A DNA stretch of 63,578 nt, counting the filler, from Lenisia limosa (taxonomy: Eukaryota; Protista; Breviatea): the NCBI GenBank assembly GCA_001655205.1. It is 12 parts of 12 records of this genome, joined end to end, with 100 filler letters (N's around TTAATTAATTAA, not from the genome) between each part and the next. Parts side by side here need not be neighbours in the genome. Positions count along the whole stretch, not along the records: positions 51,035 to 61,093 come from LPNZ01000783.1; positions 61,194 to 63,578 come from LPNZ01008889.1; 10 more parts are not named here. One strand, written 5' to 3'. Made by a program: the position numbers and the translations under genes. Positions 51,158 through 63,578 of this stretch are shown here, in pieces. Numbering within the stretch: position 1 is the stretch's first letter; each line of letters opens with the position of its first letter. The notes under the pieces were generated by a model. That model ran no database searches and was not told the origin of the DNA. It saw only the letters and a program-made list of their open reading frames with translations.

Positions 51158-54100
51158 GGGACACGGCTCTTCATATTGCTGCTTCAAGATTCAATATGAG
51201 TCAGGCTGAAATTCTCATCAAGAATGGCGCTGATATTAATGCCAAAAATAAAGAGGTAAGTGGACACGTATCTTTTATTGGTTGTATTGAAGGTCTCGTC
51301 TCTTGGTACATAATAGAAATGCATGATTTTATTATTTTCTCTTTGCTCACCTGACACACCAGGGAGACTCCCCCCTTCATGCTGCTTGTAAGAACGAGAT
51401 CTGCGGCAAAATGATCGATCTTTTGGTCTCAAAGAATGCAGATTTGGAACTGAGAAACAACAATGTGAGTGAGGCTCTCTTTTTATTCCTCAATTATTTT
51501 GTTTTACATTCATTTTTGCTGAGTGGTGGTGGAACAGTTAAATAAATTAACACAATACCCTTAAATAATATTTTATCCTGTGATATAGCTAAAATTAGAT
51601 ACTAAAACCAGTGGACTGGTTTGTACTTTCATTGCCCCCTCTAGGAATACCATTTTCAACTCTTGAATTTGACTGTCCCCGCATCCACCAGTGTTACTTT
51701 TCCTGAATTCTTACACTTTGTTTTTTCTTTAATACTTGATTAAAGTCTTTTCTCACAGTTGTAGTCAGAAACAGTACTCCACACTGCGGCGCTACAAGGT
51801 CATTGTACCATCATTTCCGACGTGCTGAGAAACGGTGCCGATATCCAAGCAAGAGAAAAAGTAAGGGGGAGGGGGGGGATGAAAAGTTGTATCAATGAAT
51901 TTCCTTATTATTCTTTAACACCCTAGGATGATCATACGGCCCTTTATTTGGCTTGCTCTAAGGGGCATTTGAAGTGTATTGAAGTGCTTATTTCCGGCGG
52001 TGCTGACGTTAATGCCACCCATACCAATGTAAGGAGGGATGTGAGTCTTTAAGGTTTCATCACAGTGCGACGTTTCCCATTTATTTCTGCTTTGATGGGG
52101 GTTTAGATCTACTTTATAAGGAGCACTTTACACACTGAGTTTACTCATACACAGGATGACACCCTTCTCCATCTTGTCTGCGAACTGGGATTCCTAGAAA
52201 TTGCAGACCTCTTGATCAAAAACGGGGCAAGCGTTGCTGCTGCTAATGCCCTCGTATGTTGATGGGCTGAATGCGCTTTGTTTTGGCTTTCAACCTAATA
52301 ACTTTTTTTCTCATCCGAGTTTACCCTTCCTCCAGGGAGATACTCCTCTTAACGCAGCATGCGCTAAGGGTCACAAAGAGATTGTCCAGTTTCTTATGAA
52401 GGAAGGCTCTGATGCACATGTCACAAATAATCTGGTAGGGTTTTTGTAGTTATTCTATCAGAATAATATTGTCCGAGTCACAATTTAATAACTGTTTAGT
52501 ATATATTACAAGAGATTTGACCTATACAATGTAATCAATATGCTCATTTTGAAGAGAATTTGATAAAGTAGGGTCAATCCGCCTTGCATGTTGCCAGCAT
52601 TAATGACCACATTGATGTTGTGCGTGTTCTCCTTGCCGCCGGTTCCGACATTAACCTACTTGATGAATCTGTAAGAGGTTTTACTTCTTACCGTATATAC
52701 CTTCTTCTCTACTCTACCCACCTTACACATCAGGGCAGCTCCCCCCTCCTGTACGCCTGTGGTAACTACTACCCGACATTGGCAGTGTTTCTTTCTTCTG
52801 AGGGCGCCAAGCAAACGGCCAACAATGATGTGGGTGTAAACGGCCAACAATGGTGTGGGTTACATAGTGGCTAACTAAAAATCAATTTGACAGCTTTAGG
52901 GGTGGACTCCCCTGCAAAAGGCCTGTAAAAATAGCCTACCAGAGGCCACACAAATGCTCCTCCGGTCTAAGTGTGATGTCAACATTCAAAATAAGAACGT
53001 TGGGGGGGGTAGTTCCCCATTCTATCAAGCGATAACACAAACTTTGTTTCTATTTACCATAATATAGGGAGGTACAGCGTTGGTGTTTGCATGTGAGAAC
53101 TATTTCCCCTCTAACGCAGAACTGCTGATGCAAAAAGGAGCGGACGGAAGCGGAGTCGATAGCAATGTGAACGGGCTGCGTGATGGTTGGGCATCGCTAT
53201 TTGGTTTTATCGGTTTTGAGGATTGTTTGAGATAGCAAGAAAATATCCTACTGACAATTTTGTGATGTGATCACTTGTTGATATGTTTCTAATATTGCAG
53301 AACAACACAACGCTGCATGTTGCCTGCGAATTCGACCATTGTGACATCATTGATGAAATTCTTAAGAAGAATATTGACGTCAATGCGCGGAACAACACTG
53401 TATGGTTGGCTATCAATGTTTTGTGGGTCGAGCCAAACTTTTATTTCTAATGTTGAAACTGTTCGTGAAGTTTTTACCCTTTCGTCAGCTTATTTTGATC
53501 CCAAAGGGCGTGACAGCTCTGCATTTGGCAAGCCGCAGCTACAGAGTGGACATTGCCAAGAAGCTCATTGAGAAAGGTGCTGGCCTATTTGCTGACGAAG
53601 ATGTATGCCCTTGACGTTCTGTTGAGCGATCAGTCTAAGTGTCACTTTCGTGAGAATGCCCTCCGTGATTAGTATCATCACAATTTCCTTCGTTTTACCC
53701 CACATTTTAATCGGCTGTTTCGAATGATTATTTTATCTTCACACCTTAGGGCAATACCCCCCTCCACGTTGCTTGCAAGGAAGGGGTTGAGGAGCTCACC
53801 GATCTCTATATTGAACTTGGGGCTGATGTTAATGTCAAAAACAATAAGGTGAGGCAAGTGAGCCAAGGAAAACGCTTCATCTTAACCAATTTTCCACATA
53901 GCTATGCCGGGCAGGATGTATATAGTAATTGTCTCCATAACAAATTTCACTACTGTTCCATAGGGTGAGACAGCACTTCTCATCTCAATGAGTACCTTCA
54001 GCGACGACTATGCAGCAAGCTTTATTGTGCCGGAAGCTGACCTATCGGCAAGTTCCGAGGTGGGTGGCATCCGTGATGTAATTAGTTTGGGTTCTCGAAT

Positions 54101-55178
54101 ATGGTATATAGAGGTGTCTTATTGCATTTAGGGATGGACTCCTCTACATAACGCAGTCAAAAGAAGAAACGTGGAGACAATCAAACTCCTCCTAGAGGCC
54201 GGATCAGATGTCAACGCAAAGAACGTCGAAGTAGGATAGCTTTCTCTTCCTCTTCCTTTAACATCATTTGACCCAATAGGGAGGTACACCGCTGCTCTAT
54301 GCATGTGATAGCTACGACGCAACCATCGCGAATCTGCTTTTAGAACACAAGGCTAAAATCGTGACAAACGTTGAAGTTGGGGAGGGGGGTATATCGTCTA
54401 AGTTCTCGTGGGAAATGAAATTGATGGTTTTTATCAACTTACCAACCAGGGAAGTACACCCCTGCATTTTGCAGTCGACAACCGTCTGGAGGATGTTGCC
54501 CGAACTCTGCTTGCAATGGATGGTCTGGACATCAATTCCCAAAACGAAAAGGTGCTCTCTGTGGCTTGTTGCCTTGTCCTTTGTTGCCCTCACTGCGGCT
54601 TGTTGCCTTGTCCTTTGTTGCCCTCACTGCGGCTTGTTGCCTTGTCCTTTGTTGCCATCACTTCGGATTGTTGCCTTGTCCTTTGTTCCCCTCACCCTCT
54701 AGGGTGAGACCTCTCTTCATATTGCATGCGGCCGAAACCTTGTTGATATCACCGAACAACTCATCCTGAAGGGCGCTGACCAAAGGGCTGATAAGAAGGT
54801 GGGGATATGATTAAAGGGCTGATAAGAAGGTGGGGATATTGTCTTTTGACCAACAGGTGGTCTCATATGATGCTACTCTGGTACCTAATAAATGAATCAG
54901 GGTAACACCCCACTTCACATCGCCTGTTCACTTGAAGATACGGAGGTAGCCAAGCGCCTCATCCCCACTTGCCCTGATGTCAAATCATCCAATGTCTATG
55001 TAGGCGTTGTTAATGGCTTCGGCGTTTACTACTCATTTTGACGCACTCCAACAGATTTCGAAACTTCCTGACACTTTAGGGTAACACGGCTCTTCATGTG
55101 GCGTGCAAAATGAAAATGCGAGTTATTGGCGAAATGCTGATCGCAAATGGAGCGGATACCAATGTCAAAAACTTGGAT
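51158..55178 (+). CDS. Long ankyrin-repeat protein (at least 20 repeats), both ends truncated or masked
   Basis: Twenty exons of about 96-102 nt, each starting at the G-x-T-(P/A)-L-H position, all phase 0. Confidence 0.95.
54563..54698 (+). repeat. 34-bp intronic minisatellite x4
   Basis: ggcttgttgccttgtcctttgttgccctcactgc, degenerating 3'. Confidence 0.95.
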
Positions 55179-55444
55179 GTTTACAGGGCTGTTGTTATCT
55201 TTANNNNNNNNNNNNNNNNNNNNNNNNNNNNNNNNNNNNNNNNNNNNNNNNNNNNNNNNNNNNNNNNNNNNNNNNNNNNNNNNNNNNNNNNNNNNNNNNN
55301 NNNNNNNNCTTAATAAAGAGAACCTAAGGTTGTATTAGATTGTATTGATTGTATTTCTAATTTGAACTCGCTTCTTCATTAATGAACATCATACATAACA
55401 TAAATATTCAAGAACGTATAAATAAACACCCGCAAGGTCACAAA

Positions 55445-57480
55445 TCAAAGTGGTCGAAAAGGAGAGCATACATGGCAAACTGAAGGGGACAATCTTCGTC
55501 AAAGTCAATCACCTCTGCCACTGCAGGGTACTCCTGGATACGTTATTAAAGGGTTTGAGAAGCACAACGGACACAGTAAAATCTAATTGCATGATAACTG
55601 ATTAAAACAGCTGGCACAATCCCACCAACCTGCATATTTTTATCAAATAACAGCCTAGGCTGCGCAAGACCCTCGAAAAGCAAGAACTGGAATGTCTCCA
55701 GATCCAAGTATGACCATGCTTTGAGGAGCGGACTGAAGCAAAACTGAGGGGGGCGGGGGTAATAACAAAAGTACCACATAATTATGCATTATCTACATGT
55801 TACACAGTTTTTGGGTAGCAGGTGTAGAAAGCCAACCTGAAGGGTACTGTCAAAATCCACATCTGCACCAGCAGCAATGAGCTTGCCCAACGTTTGTATT
55901 GTTCCATTGGGAATCGCCCAACCAATACAGTTTTCAAACGCCTGAACCAATAACAAGATGGGTCATTATCAAAATATGTGCAACATTATTGTAATGTGAA
56001 GAGAAAGAAAAGAGAGAAAACAAACTGACCCCTGCTTAAATAACAACAACCATCTTCACTCTGACCCCTGCTTGAATAACAACAACCATGCTCATCTTCA
56101 CTCACCATTGTGTCTCTCATATTGACATCGGAATGTTGGATGAGATAGTCCACAGAGGGTTGGTGAACTGTCGCGCTGTAAACAGCAGTCATGAGGCCTG
56201 TCATACCCTAAAACTATCACTTTATTTAGAAACATATAAATGTGAATTAGTCAACGTAGAGTTACCTACGTAGCGGTCCACAATATTGGCATCCTCCAAA
56301 TGATTATCGAGTACAAAATGAAGGGCCTTGAGGGAGTCTGGCCCATTGTAGTCAATGAAATGAAGCAGCCTCTTTCCCTGGGGGGAGGGGGGGAAATTGG
56401 AAAATTTATGAAGAAAAAAACCCAAAATCAACTCTGTTGGTTGACAATACACAAGGGTTTATAACAACAAAACAAACAAAGCCCATGCCAGTCCCTTACC
56501 TCACCAAGCTGCCCCCCTATAATGTGAGCCCTCCCAAATAAAACCACGACAACAGTTTCTCACCGGGGTTCTGTTCGTTTGATACTTTCTGGTAGTGTTT
56601 AACCGGCGCACGATTCAAAATGCCCAAACTCTTATCGCAGCCACCCCCCAAACTCTATTATCGCAACTCGACCGGACACCGTTGTCCATGAGAACCTTCA
56701 TGACATCGAGACGGCCATATGAAATTGCCTCCAAAAACGGCCGTGTACACTGAGGGTTAGAATCACAAATGGCAAGGCAATTGGAAGGGACAATCCATGA
56801 CCCCACATACGTCAGCATGTCCGCTGTCAATTGGTGCGCCTTTCTCAACCAGGATTTGGGCAAGAGAGACATTGCCGTATTCAGCGACCAAATGCATTAG
56901 GTAGACATTCTACGTGTAAATAGGATTGAGAAGGAAGGAGTATGTTGGTAAGCCCATTTTGGGACACCTAGCTAGGGTGATAAAAATTTTACCCCCTAGC
57001 ACAAAAAAGAATATTAAAATGAAATTAAAGGAGATGCAGCTGATTTTTGCGGTTTACAAAAGCTGATGACAAGCATCCTAACCCCTATTGCCTCACCCAG
57101 CTGTTTTTGGCATGGGCGTCAATGTCATCATTTCTTAGTAGCTCCTCTGCAAGATCGAAGAAGCCTCTTTTCAGCAGGCCATGGAAGAGGTCGGAATTCT
57201 TAGCGATTATGGAAGAGGTTAAATGATAAACAATCATGGAAGAGGATAGCAGTCACAAGATCCGGCTTACATTTACTGTCGCCAAGACCTCCTTTGTTAC
57301 TGCGGCCTTAGCCTCTTCCTAGGAATATGAAACGTGAGGTTGTAAAAATGGGAAGAGCTCATAATATCATATTTTCCTTACCTCGCTGATTTCTATTTCG
57401 TCATTGAACAAGGAAGCTGGTAAGTCCAGAACGTGTGTGTCATCATCATCCATCAGTGTGTGTGTGTGGGGGGGGTCGTC
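55445..57480 (-). CDS. Divergent ankyrin-repeat protein; 5' end uncertain
   Basis: Exons NVYLMHLVAEYGNVSLAQILVEKGA, RPFLEAISYGRLDVMKVLMDNG, GMTGLMTAV...DVNMRD; ends APFRPL*. Confidence 0.8.
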
Positions 57481-58019
57481 AATCCCTAATTATTTAGTCA
57501 ATTCAGCAGTCTCCACCTCCAACGCAGCACAGTTCTGCCCAAGTTCCCTTCTCAAAGCAAAATCCAAGCCAAATCCAACTCAGTCTTTATGCGGTCGCGT
57601 AAATGCAAACTGGGGCTTTTTTTTTTCATTTGTGCCACACCCTATTTAGATTTCCCCCTGTTAACAACCACAGAACAACAACCGAATGGAAAACATTACA
57701 CTGCATGGAATCAGTGCCCAAACGTTCTTGGAGGTGAGTCTAAAGATATCTGTCAAACTCTATTAAGCGCATCCTTCTCTCTTTTCTGGTTAATTTAAAT
57801 CAAAGAAATGCATTAAGCTTGTTTAAAGGGAAATAATCTGCGTTTTCAGTTCCCTTCACAAAATCTCTCTAAACTTGAGTAGATCCATTCTCTCTCTCAT
57901 AGAAGGACGCTTCTTTTATCAGTATCACGTTCTTATTTAATTATAAGTGTCTATTGTTCGATATATGTGCTTATTGTAACATGATTTCATTTTTAGAACA
58001 CACAGAAGAGATCACTCAA

Positions 58020-59637
58020 ATGGATATCCGCAACAAGACGGTTTGCTTGAGAAACGGTGATGATATCAATACTGGCCCTAGTTTTTTGTGATATAAACAT
58101 GGAACCCCTTATTGAACATTTATAAGAAATGATGTTTAAACACAAGTATGGGTATTTCAAGATTGAACACAGTCAGGTTGAGGTCGCCCAAGATACCCTC
58201 AGCCATTTTCATGATCCTTGAATACTTCAAAGCCGACTTTAAAGTCGCCGAGAATGGTACGGAAGAACTGTCTTGTATTGCATTAAGTAAACAATATTTA
58301 ATAAAGCAACATTGCCTTTTTGATGTGAATTCCACATCATTGTTTAGCCATTTTGATATTTTGCCGATACCTCTCGGGATTGGAAGACGATGTGGATGCA
58401 GGAAAGCTTGAAAAGTTAGTGTCGTCTCCTCAATACTTTTACCAAAATATATTACTACCTTATGTAATTTCTTCAGAAATGTGCTGCAAAAAGACCCAGT
58501 GCCGGCAATTCTTGCCTCAATTCACTTGGCTTCCAAGGTTGGAACAATCAGAAAATATGAATAGTAAGGAATACGTATTCGAGACATTATACATTGAATA
58601 TGCATATGATATATGGAAATAACTGTTTTGGATCTCTACTTCTGGATTAATTCCTTAGATGAGTGGGGAAACCCAGATCCGATTACGCGACCTTGTTAAG
58701 TAAGTTGATGAAACTACTGAAAATTGTGGTTCTATCGGAAAATGTTGGGATAGGATATGATATTATAGAAAAATCAACTAATGTTCTAACTACCTTAGGC
58801 ATTTTGCAACACACATTCCTCCGAACCTCATTTTGGCAGCAGAGCAAGAAGTGTTCAAAACATGCGAATACAATGTTGGTATAGCATTAAAATGTCATCA
58901 TAACTTTGGAATAATACATTTGACTGTTTCAGATTCGGGTTACTGGAATCGGAGAGTATTTAGAGTTATATCAATGCTGCTTGAAGTAAGTGATGTAAAA
59001 CAATGGAATGATATTACATTTCTACTAATGTTCAGATGTTCTGTGTCCGAGAACGTTCTTCATGATCTTGAGGACATCAATGAGGTCTGCACATTCATTG
59101 CAAAGCTCCTATACGATGTATGTTGAGGAGGGTGAAAAAATCAGATCGTTTTCTCACATCAAAGACCCAGCTACGTCTTGATGAAGTGAACAGTAACGTA
59201 CTCTCCATTTCCGTTCTTTTGGCTGCCTCTGCAATACTCTACAATGTGGGTTGTCGCAACTTCAAATTGCCCCCCTTTCCATCCTCATATTTTAGCGTGC
59301 AGATAAGTCCTCAGAAATCGCCGAAATACGTAAGTCTTGAATATTGGGTTAACCTTGCAGTTAGCCAACTTTCCGAACTAGATATGACGACAGTGTACCA
59401 AGTGGCGGACGAGCTGCTTATTATGGTTCTCGATACGCGAAACACGGGATCGTGGCTCGCCTTCAACGAGGCAAATCTCTACTCCCTGGCTCAGCAAGTC
59501 GAAAGGGTCTGCTTAAACTTTTCTTGTCACAGCTTTTTACCCACCAGGATTACGAAAGCAGCCAAAAGAAGGAAAATGCGACCAACAATGCCAAATCAAG
59601 AAGGAAGAAAACCACTCTTCGCCCATACGATCTCTAA
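58020..59637 (+). CDS. Divergent cyclin-fold protein
   Basis: AILIFCRY, AILASIHLASKMSGETQIRLRDLV, LILAAEQEVFKTCEYNV (cyclin box 1); VLLAASAIL (box 2). Confidence 0.7.
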
Positions 59638-59685
59638 CCACGTCTTCCTTGACAATGTCTTTATGAAAGCTTTACTCCTTAGCTG

Positions 59686-61080
59686 TTATGGAGAATACTC
59701 TTGTTCCTTTGTCAAACTCAACTCAACATCATCTTTACAACACTAAAATCCTCTTCATCCACAGTAAATACCTTCAATCATTTGTATACATAATCCTACC
59801 GCAAAGAGCCGACCATTCTTTGCCTCTTTCCCTATCGAATGGCAACGTCAACCTTGAAAACAGTCGAAGATGACACCACTGATACTTGGTGTGATGACGA
59901 TGGTGAGGCCTATACTGTTAGCGGCATTGTTCAGATGTTTATTATCCAATATGATTTAATGAACTTGGGGAAACACCATGTTAAATATGAAAACATTGGA
60001 TATACTATTTACAAAAGTCCAATCCAGCCCAACCTCAGTTTGGTGAAGACAGAGAGCACGAATATAGTTGGAAGTCTACAGTTTTCAATGACATCACAAT
60101 ACTCCATTCATTATCATAATGTTTTAATAATGACAATGTTTCATTTCTATTTTTCAGCATGGCATAAATGATTTGAATATCAAGAAATCCCCCCACATTG
60201 CAGTACTTCAGCGGCTCTATTGAAGTCTTGACAACAGCTTTGGTGTCGCTGTCTCCCTTCTTATCGGTTTTGTTGGAGATCCTCCAGGATATTACACGCC
60301 CATCCCATCCACTCGAAACCTGCTCAATAAGGCTACCGAACAGGATCAAAACAATCCAAAACACCCATTGCCAATGTTATAGAATAAACAACACTAAGTG
60401 ATAAAGACCCCACCAACCAATATGGAAGGCCTGACAAAGAGAAGATCAGATACAAAGCTTGAATGACCAGAAACACTCAAAAGAGGACGAATTGTCCTGG
60501 AGGATAAAGTTAATCTGCATTGAGAGGAAAGGGTAGCAAAATCAAAACTGTATATTGATCAAAAGAGGCACACCTATTGGTGAACTTTGAGATGTGAATA
60601 GAACAGTCTTCAGAACCAAGTGCCAGGGTAGAGCTACACCATGAGATTGCCACAACTTAAAGGTTTGGTCCTGCTCCTAACAAACCCATCAGGAGTCCAG
60701 GCAGCGGAAATAAAAAGGCCAGTGTGGCTGAAAACTGGGGCTGAAGCAGAGAGCCGGATCCGTACGGTTTTCGTAGTTTTTCTAGTGTGGGAGCAAAAAT
60801 GGAAAATTTGGAAACAAAATAACAAAACTGAATCCGGCTAAATACTAAAACACACAACTCATAAAAAAAAATAAAATAAAAAAAAAACCCAGGCCAGCCT
60901 GGGGGTGGGGTGAAGAGGAATTCATATGAAACATAGCTTTTATAATGTTTGTTTTGAAAAGAAATGGCCAATCATAGAAAAGAGGTGGCTTTCATTGACC
61001 TGATGCCCACATTGTCTCTTTGAAAGGGGTGAGCTTCATTGCGGTGAGTGACCCTTGGAAATGCCCCAATTTAGCCTACA
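59686..61080 (-). CDS. WD40-repeat protein, partial; 3' exon frames uncertain
   Basis: SAAWTPDGSTLALGSEDCSIHI, VSGHSSFVSDLLF...LVSSGWDGRVISW. Confidence 0.75.
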
Positions 61081-61193
61081 GTTGATTAGGGGGNNNNNNN
61101 NNNNNNNNNNNNNNNNNNNNNNNNNNNNNNNNNNNNNTTAATTAATTAANNNNNNNNNNNNNNNNNNNNNNNNNNNNNNNNNNNNNNNNNNNN

Positions 61194-63080
61194 CCAGGCG
61201 CGCCACATTGAGGCCAAAAGACCGCCCGCTGCATCCTTCCGCCACCTTGTAGAGAAATGTGATTCTGAGGGAGTAAGTTGGAATATGGGGGCAACAAAAC
61301 AAAACGTGAGAATGGAGAGAGAAGGAATCTTAAACGCGGTATTGCGTTTAATGTGATTCTGAGGGATTAAGTTGGAATATAGGGCTGAGTTGTGTGTAGT
61401 CTCTGTCTCTCTCTCTCTGTGTGTGTATGTATGTCTGTGTCTCTGTGCCCCCCTCCCCTCCCACCTTGCTATACCCCCTTCGGTCGCCTCATGCTCCATG
61501 TAGGACATGTGGTGGTTCTTCACAACTGCAAATGGTGATTATAAGGGGTGAGGCTGTGGGAGTGTTTTTAAAAAGATACCAAAATAATAACAATAATACA
61601 AAACACCCAGAGTCGACTCTGTTAAAAAGTACTCGGAAAACGCACAAGGGTTAAAAAAAAAACGATCAAAGCCCAGGAAAGCCCAAGAAAGCCGCTTCTG
61701 CAGCACCGCATCCCATCACTTTACGTTAGACGTAAAAATCGTGATTTTAATGGGGTGGAGAGGGTGGGAAATAGGGGGATGGTCAAATTTTTTGGGAGAA
61801 AAACAAATGAAACAAAACAACATATTTGAAAACAAACAGAATTATTATAATGGGGCGCGTTCATATTCACGTTAATTGATAATAATTCAAGATAAAGTCG
61901 TCGATTGAAAATGTTGTAATTAAATTTGAGGTTCATTCCAATAGCTTCCCGAACACGCCCTCTTTCTCCAGACACACACCTCTCTACCTCAGGATTTCTT
62001 TCTGGTACTGAATTTTTGCAGAATATTATCATGCTTGCAAAAGTGTACTATACCCTCCAACACGCAAAACCGACTTCTGTGTNNNNNNNNNNNNNNNNNN
62101 NNNNNNNNNNNNNNNNNNNNNNNNNNNNNNNNNNNNNNNNNNNNNNNNNNNNNNNNNNNNNNNNNNNNNNNNNNNNNNNNNNNNNNNNNNNNNNNNNNNN
62201 NNNNNNNNNNNNNNNNNNNNNNNNNNNNNATCTGGTGATATATTGAGAATTAATACATTTAGTGTATCCTAATAAATGGAATTGATGATGAGAATGGTAG
62301 GGACAACTGGTAAAAGCGATTAAGGTGGGAAGACTACAATATTTGGTTGAGCCCCTCCATACCCCTTTAAACACTCCGCCAATAAGGCTTCACTTCGATT
62401 TGATAAAAACTGGGAAAATAGTGATAGTTTTCGAGGATTTATCGAAAAACTTAATTTTTTTCGAACCGAAGTGAAGCCCCTACCTCCCTCCCTCCTAATA
62501 AACTAAATCCCCGCCCACCGCCAGGATACTCATCGGCAATGCTTGTCAGCAGGGGGTAGTGAGTCACAAAGAATGTTAAAGGACACTAAGTGATGGTGAG
62601 AGGGGGTAAGTAAAAGTAGAAAATTTTTGAAAGAAAAAAAAAAAACCCAGATTCAATTCAACTCTGTTGGTTAGCATTTGAGAATCTCGCAGGAGTTAAC
62701 TATAAGAAAACAACCAACGCACAGGCCAGTCGCTTCTGCTGCACCGCATCCCATCTCTACAGCGGACAGGAGTGAGATGGGATGCGTGCTGCAGAAGCGA
62801 CTGATCGGCGCTTTGATTGTTTTCTTGTTGTTTTTGCGCCAATGAGAAATGAGGGTATTTGCTGAATGTACGAGGCCGTGGAGGAGGAGGCGGGTGAGGG
62901 GAGAGAANNNNNNNNNNNNNNNNNNNNNNNNNNNNNNNNNNNNNNNNNNNNNNNNNNNNNNNNNNNNNNNNNNNNNNNNNNNNNNNNNNNNNNNNNNNNN
63001 NNNNNNNNNNNNNNNNNNNNNNNNNNNNNNNNNNNNNNNNNNNNNNNNGTACCATCATGTGTTGCAGTGCCGCGTCCCAA
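61194..63080 (-). CDS. MSH3: MutS homolog, MSH3-like (C-terminal ATPase exons), partial
   Basis: LGRGTATHDG, FFVTHYP, VKNHHMSYM, ITFLYKVAEGCSGRSFGLNVARL. Confidence 0.8.
62383..62482. mobile_element. MITE family A in MSH3 intron
   Basis: aggcttcacttcg ... ttttcgaaccgaagtgaagccccta. Confidence 0.85.
62727..62803. repeat. GC-rich inverted repeat (about 30-bp stem) in MSH3 intron; half copy at 61691-61720
   Basis: cagtcgcttctgctgcaccgcatcccatctc ... gagatgggatgcgtgctgcagaagcgactg. Confidence 0.85.
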
Positions 63081-63578
63081 CTACATGAAATTAGACCGGA
63101 AAAAAGGAAGATTTCACGTACAGGGGATCACGTACGACCACCCTACTACCCCTTTTCTTTAGAAAAGAAAAGAAAAAAAAAAAATAGAAGAACCCCCCAA
63201 AAATATATGCTATCGACACTAAACCGGATTTTACCCTATTGTTTTTTTTAACTGAAATTGTTTTTTGACAGGTACCAAGCAGCTATAAAAATACTTCCCT
63301 GTTACTTACATTTAGTCCTGTATAATTGTAGAGTGAATGTATTTTTGGGCCTGTCCTCCTCGTCGTAAGGATGGTCAGATGGATACTGTGACCGTTTTTC
63401 ATACAATCACAGAAATCGGAAAACCTCTACATGGAGCATATCATCAGAATCGATATGATATTTGTACTATATTTAGTTATCATATTAAGTGGCTCCTTCT
63501 ACCATGCCGCAGAACTGGAGCCTTTGCAAGTTTGTGAGGTGTTTTGCTTAATTTCGTTTTCTCTATTCAATTCTGTTG

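Noticed and set aside
54563-54698. CRISPR-like array (34-bp repeats)
   Set aside because: Head-to-tail units with no spacers, inside a eukaryotic intron, no cas genes

Overview
Intron-rich nuclear DNA of a mitochondriate, probably flagellated microbial eukaryote (standard code: TAA, TAG and TGA all end recognisable genes). The window is not one locus: it is 12 short contigs joined by artificial 100-bp linkers (44 N + TTAATTAATTAA + 44 N), so gene order across linkers is meaningless. Genes reconstructed by hand from GT-AG exons: RSPH14, a bacterial-looking nucleotide pyrophosphatase/phosphodiesterase, a bacterial-type class I PLP aminotransferase with a mitochondrial-type presequence, a Cys-rich multi-TM receptor-like protein, a GLUG-like beta-solenoid surface protein, a TBC1D12/14-like RabGAP, an SLC25A39/40-like carrier, syntaxin-5, RPS16, an Mpv17/PMP22 protein, a Cdc15/SepH-like kinase, a Tctex-1 dynein light chain, two ankyrin proteins built as one repeat per exon, a cyclin-like protein, a WD40 protein, MSH3 and several hypotheticals. 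The most striking unexplained structure is non-coding: a dense, mostly intronic set of TA-flanked miniature inverted-repeat elements. The main ~100-bp family has about 17 near-complete copies, GGGCTTC...GAAGCCC ends and TCGA sites spaced at multiples of ~10.5 bp; at least four smaller families occur. Also seen: repeated short duplications spanning splice junctions, and sense-strand G-tracts just after 5' splice sites. All family assignments come from remembered motifs, not database searches; exon boundaries are hand-inferred.
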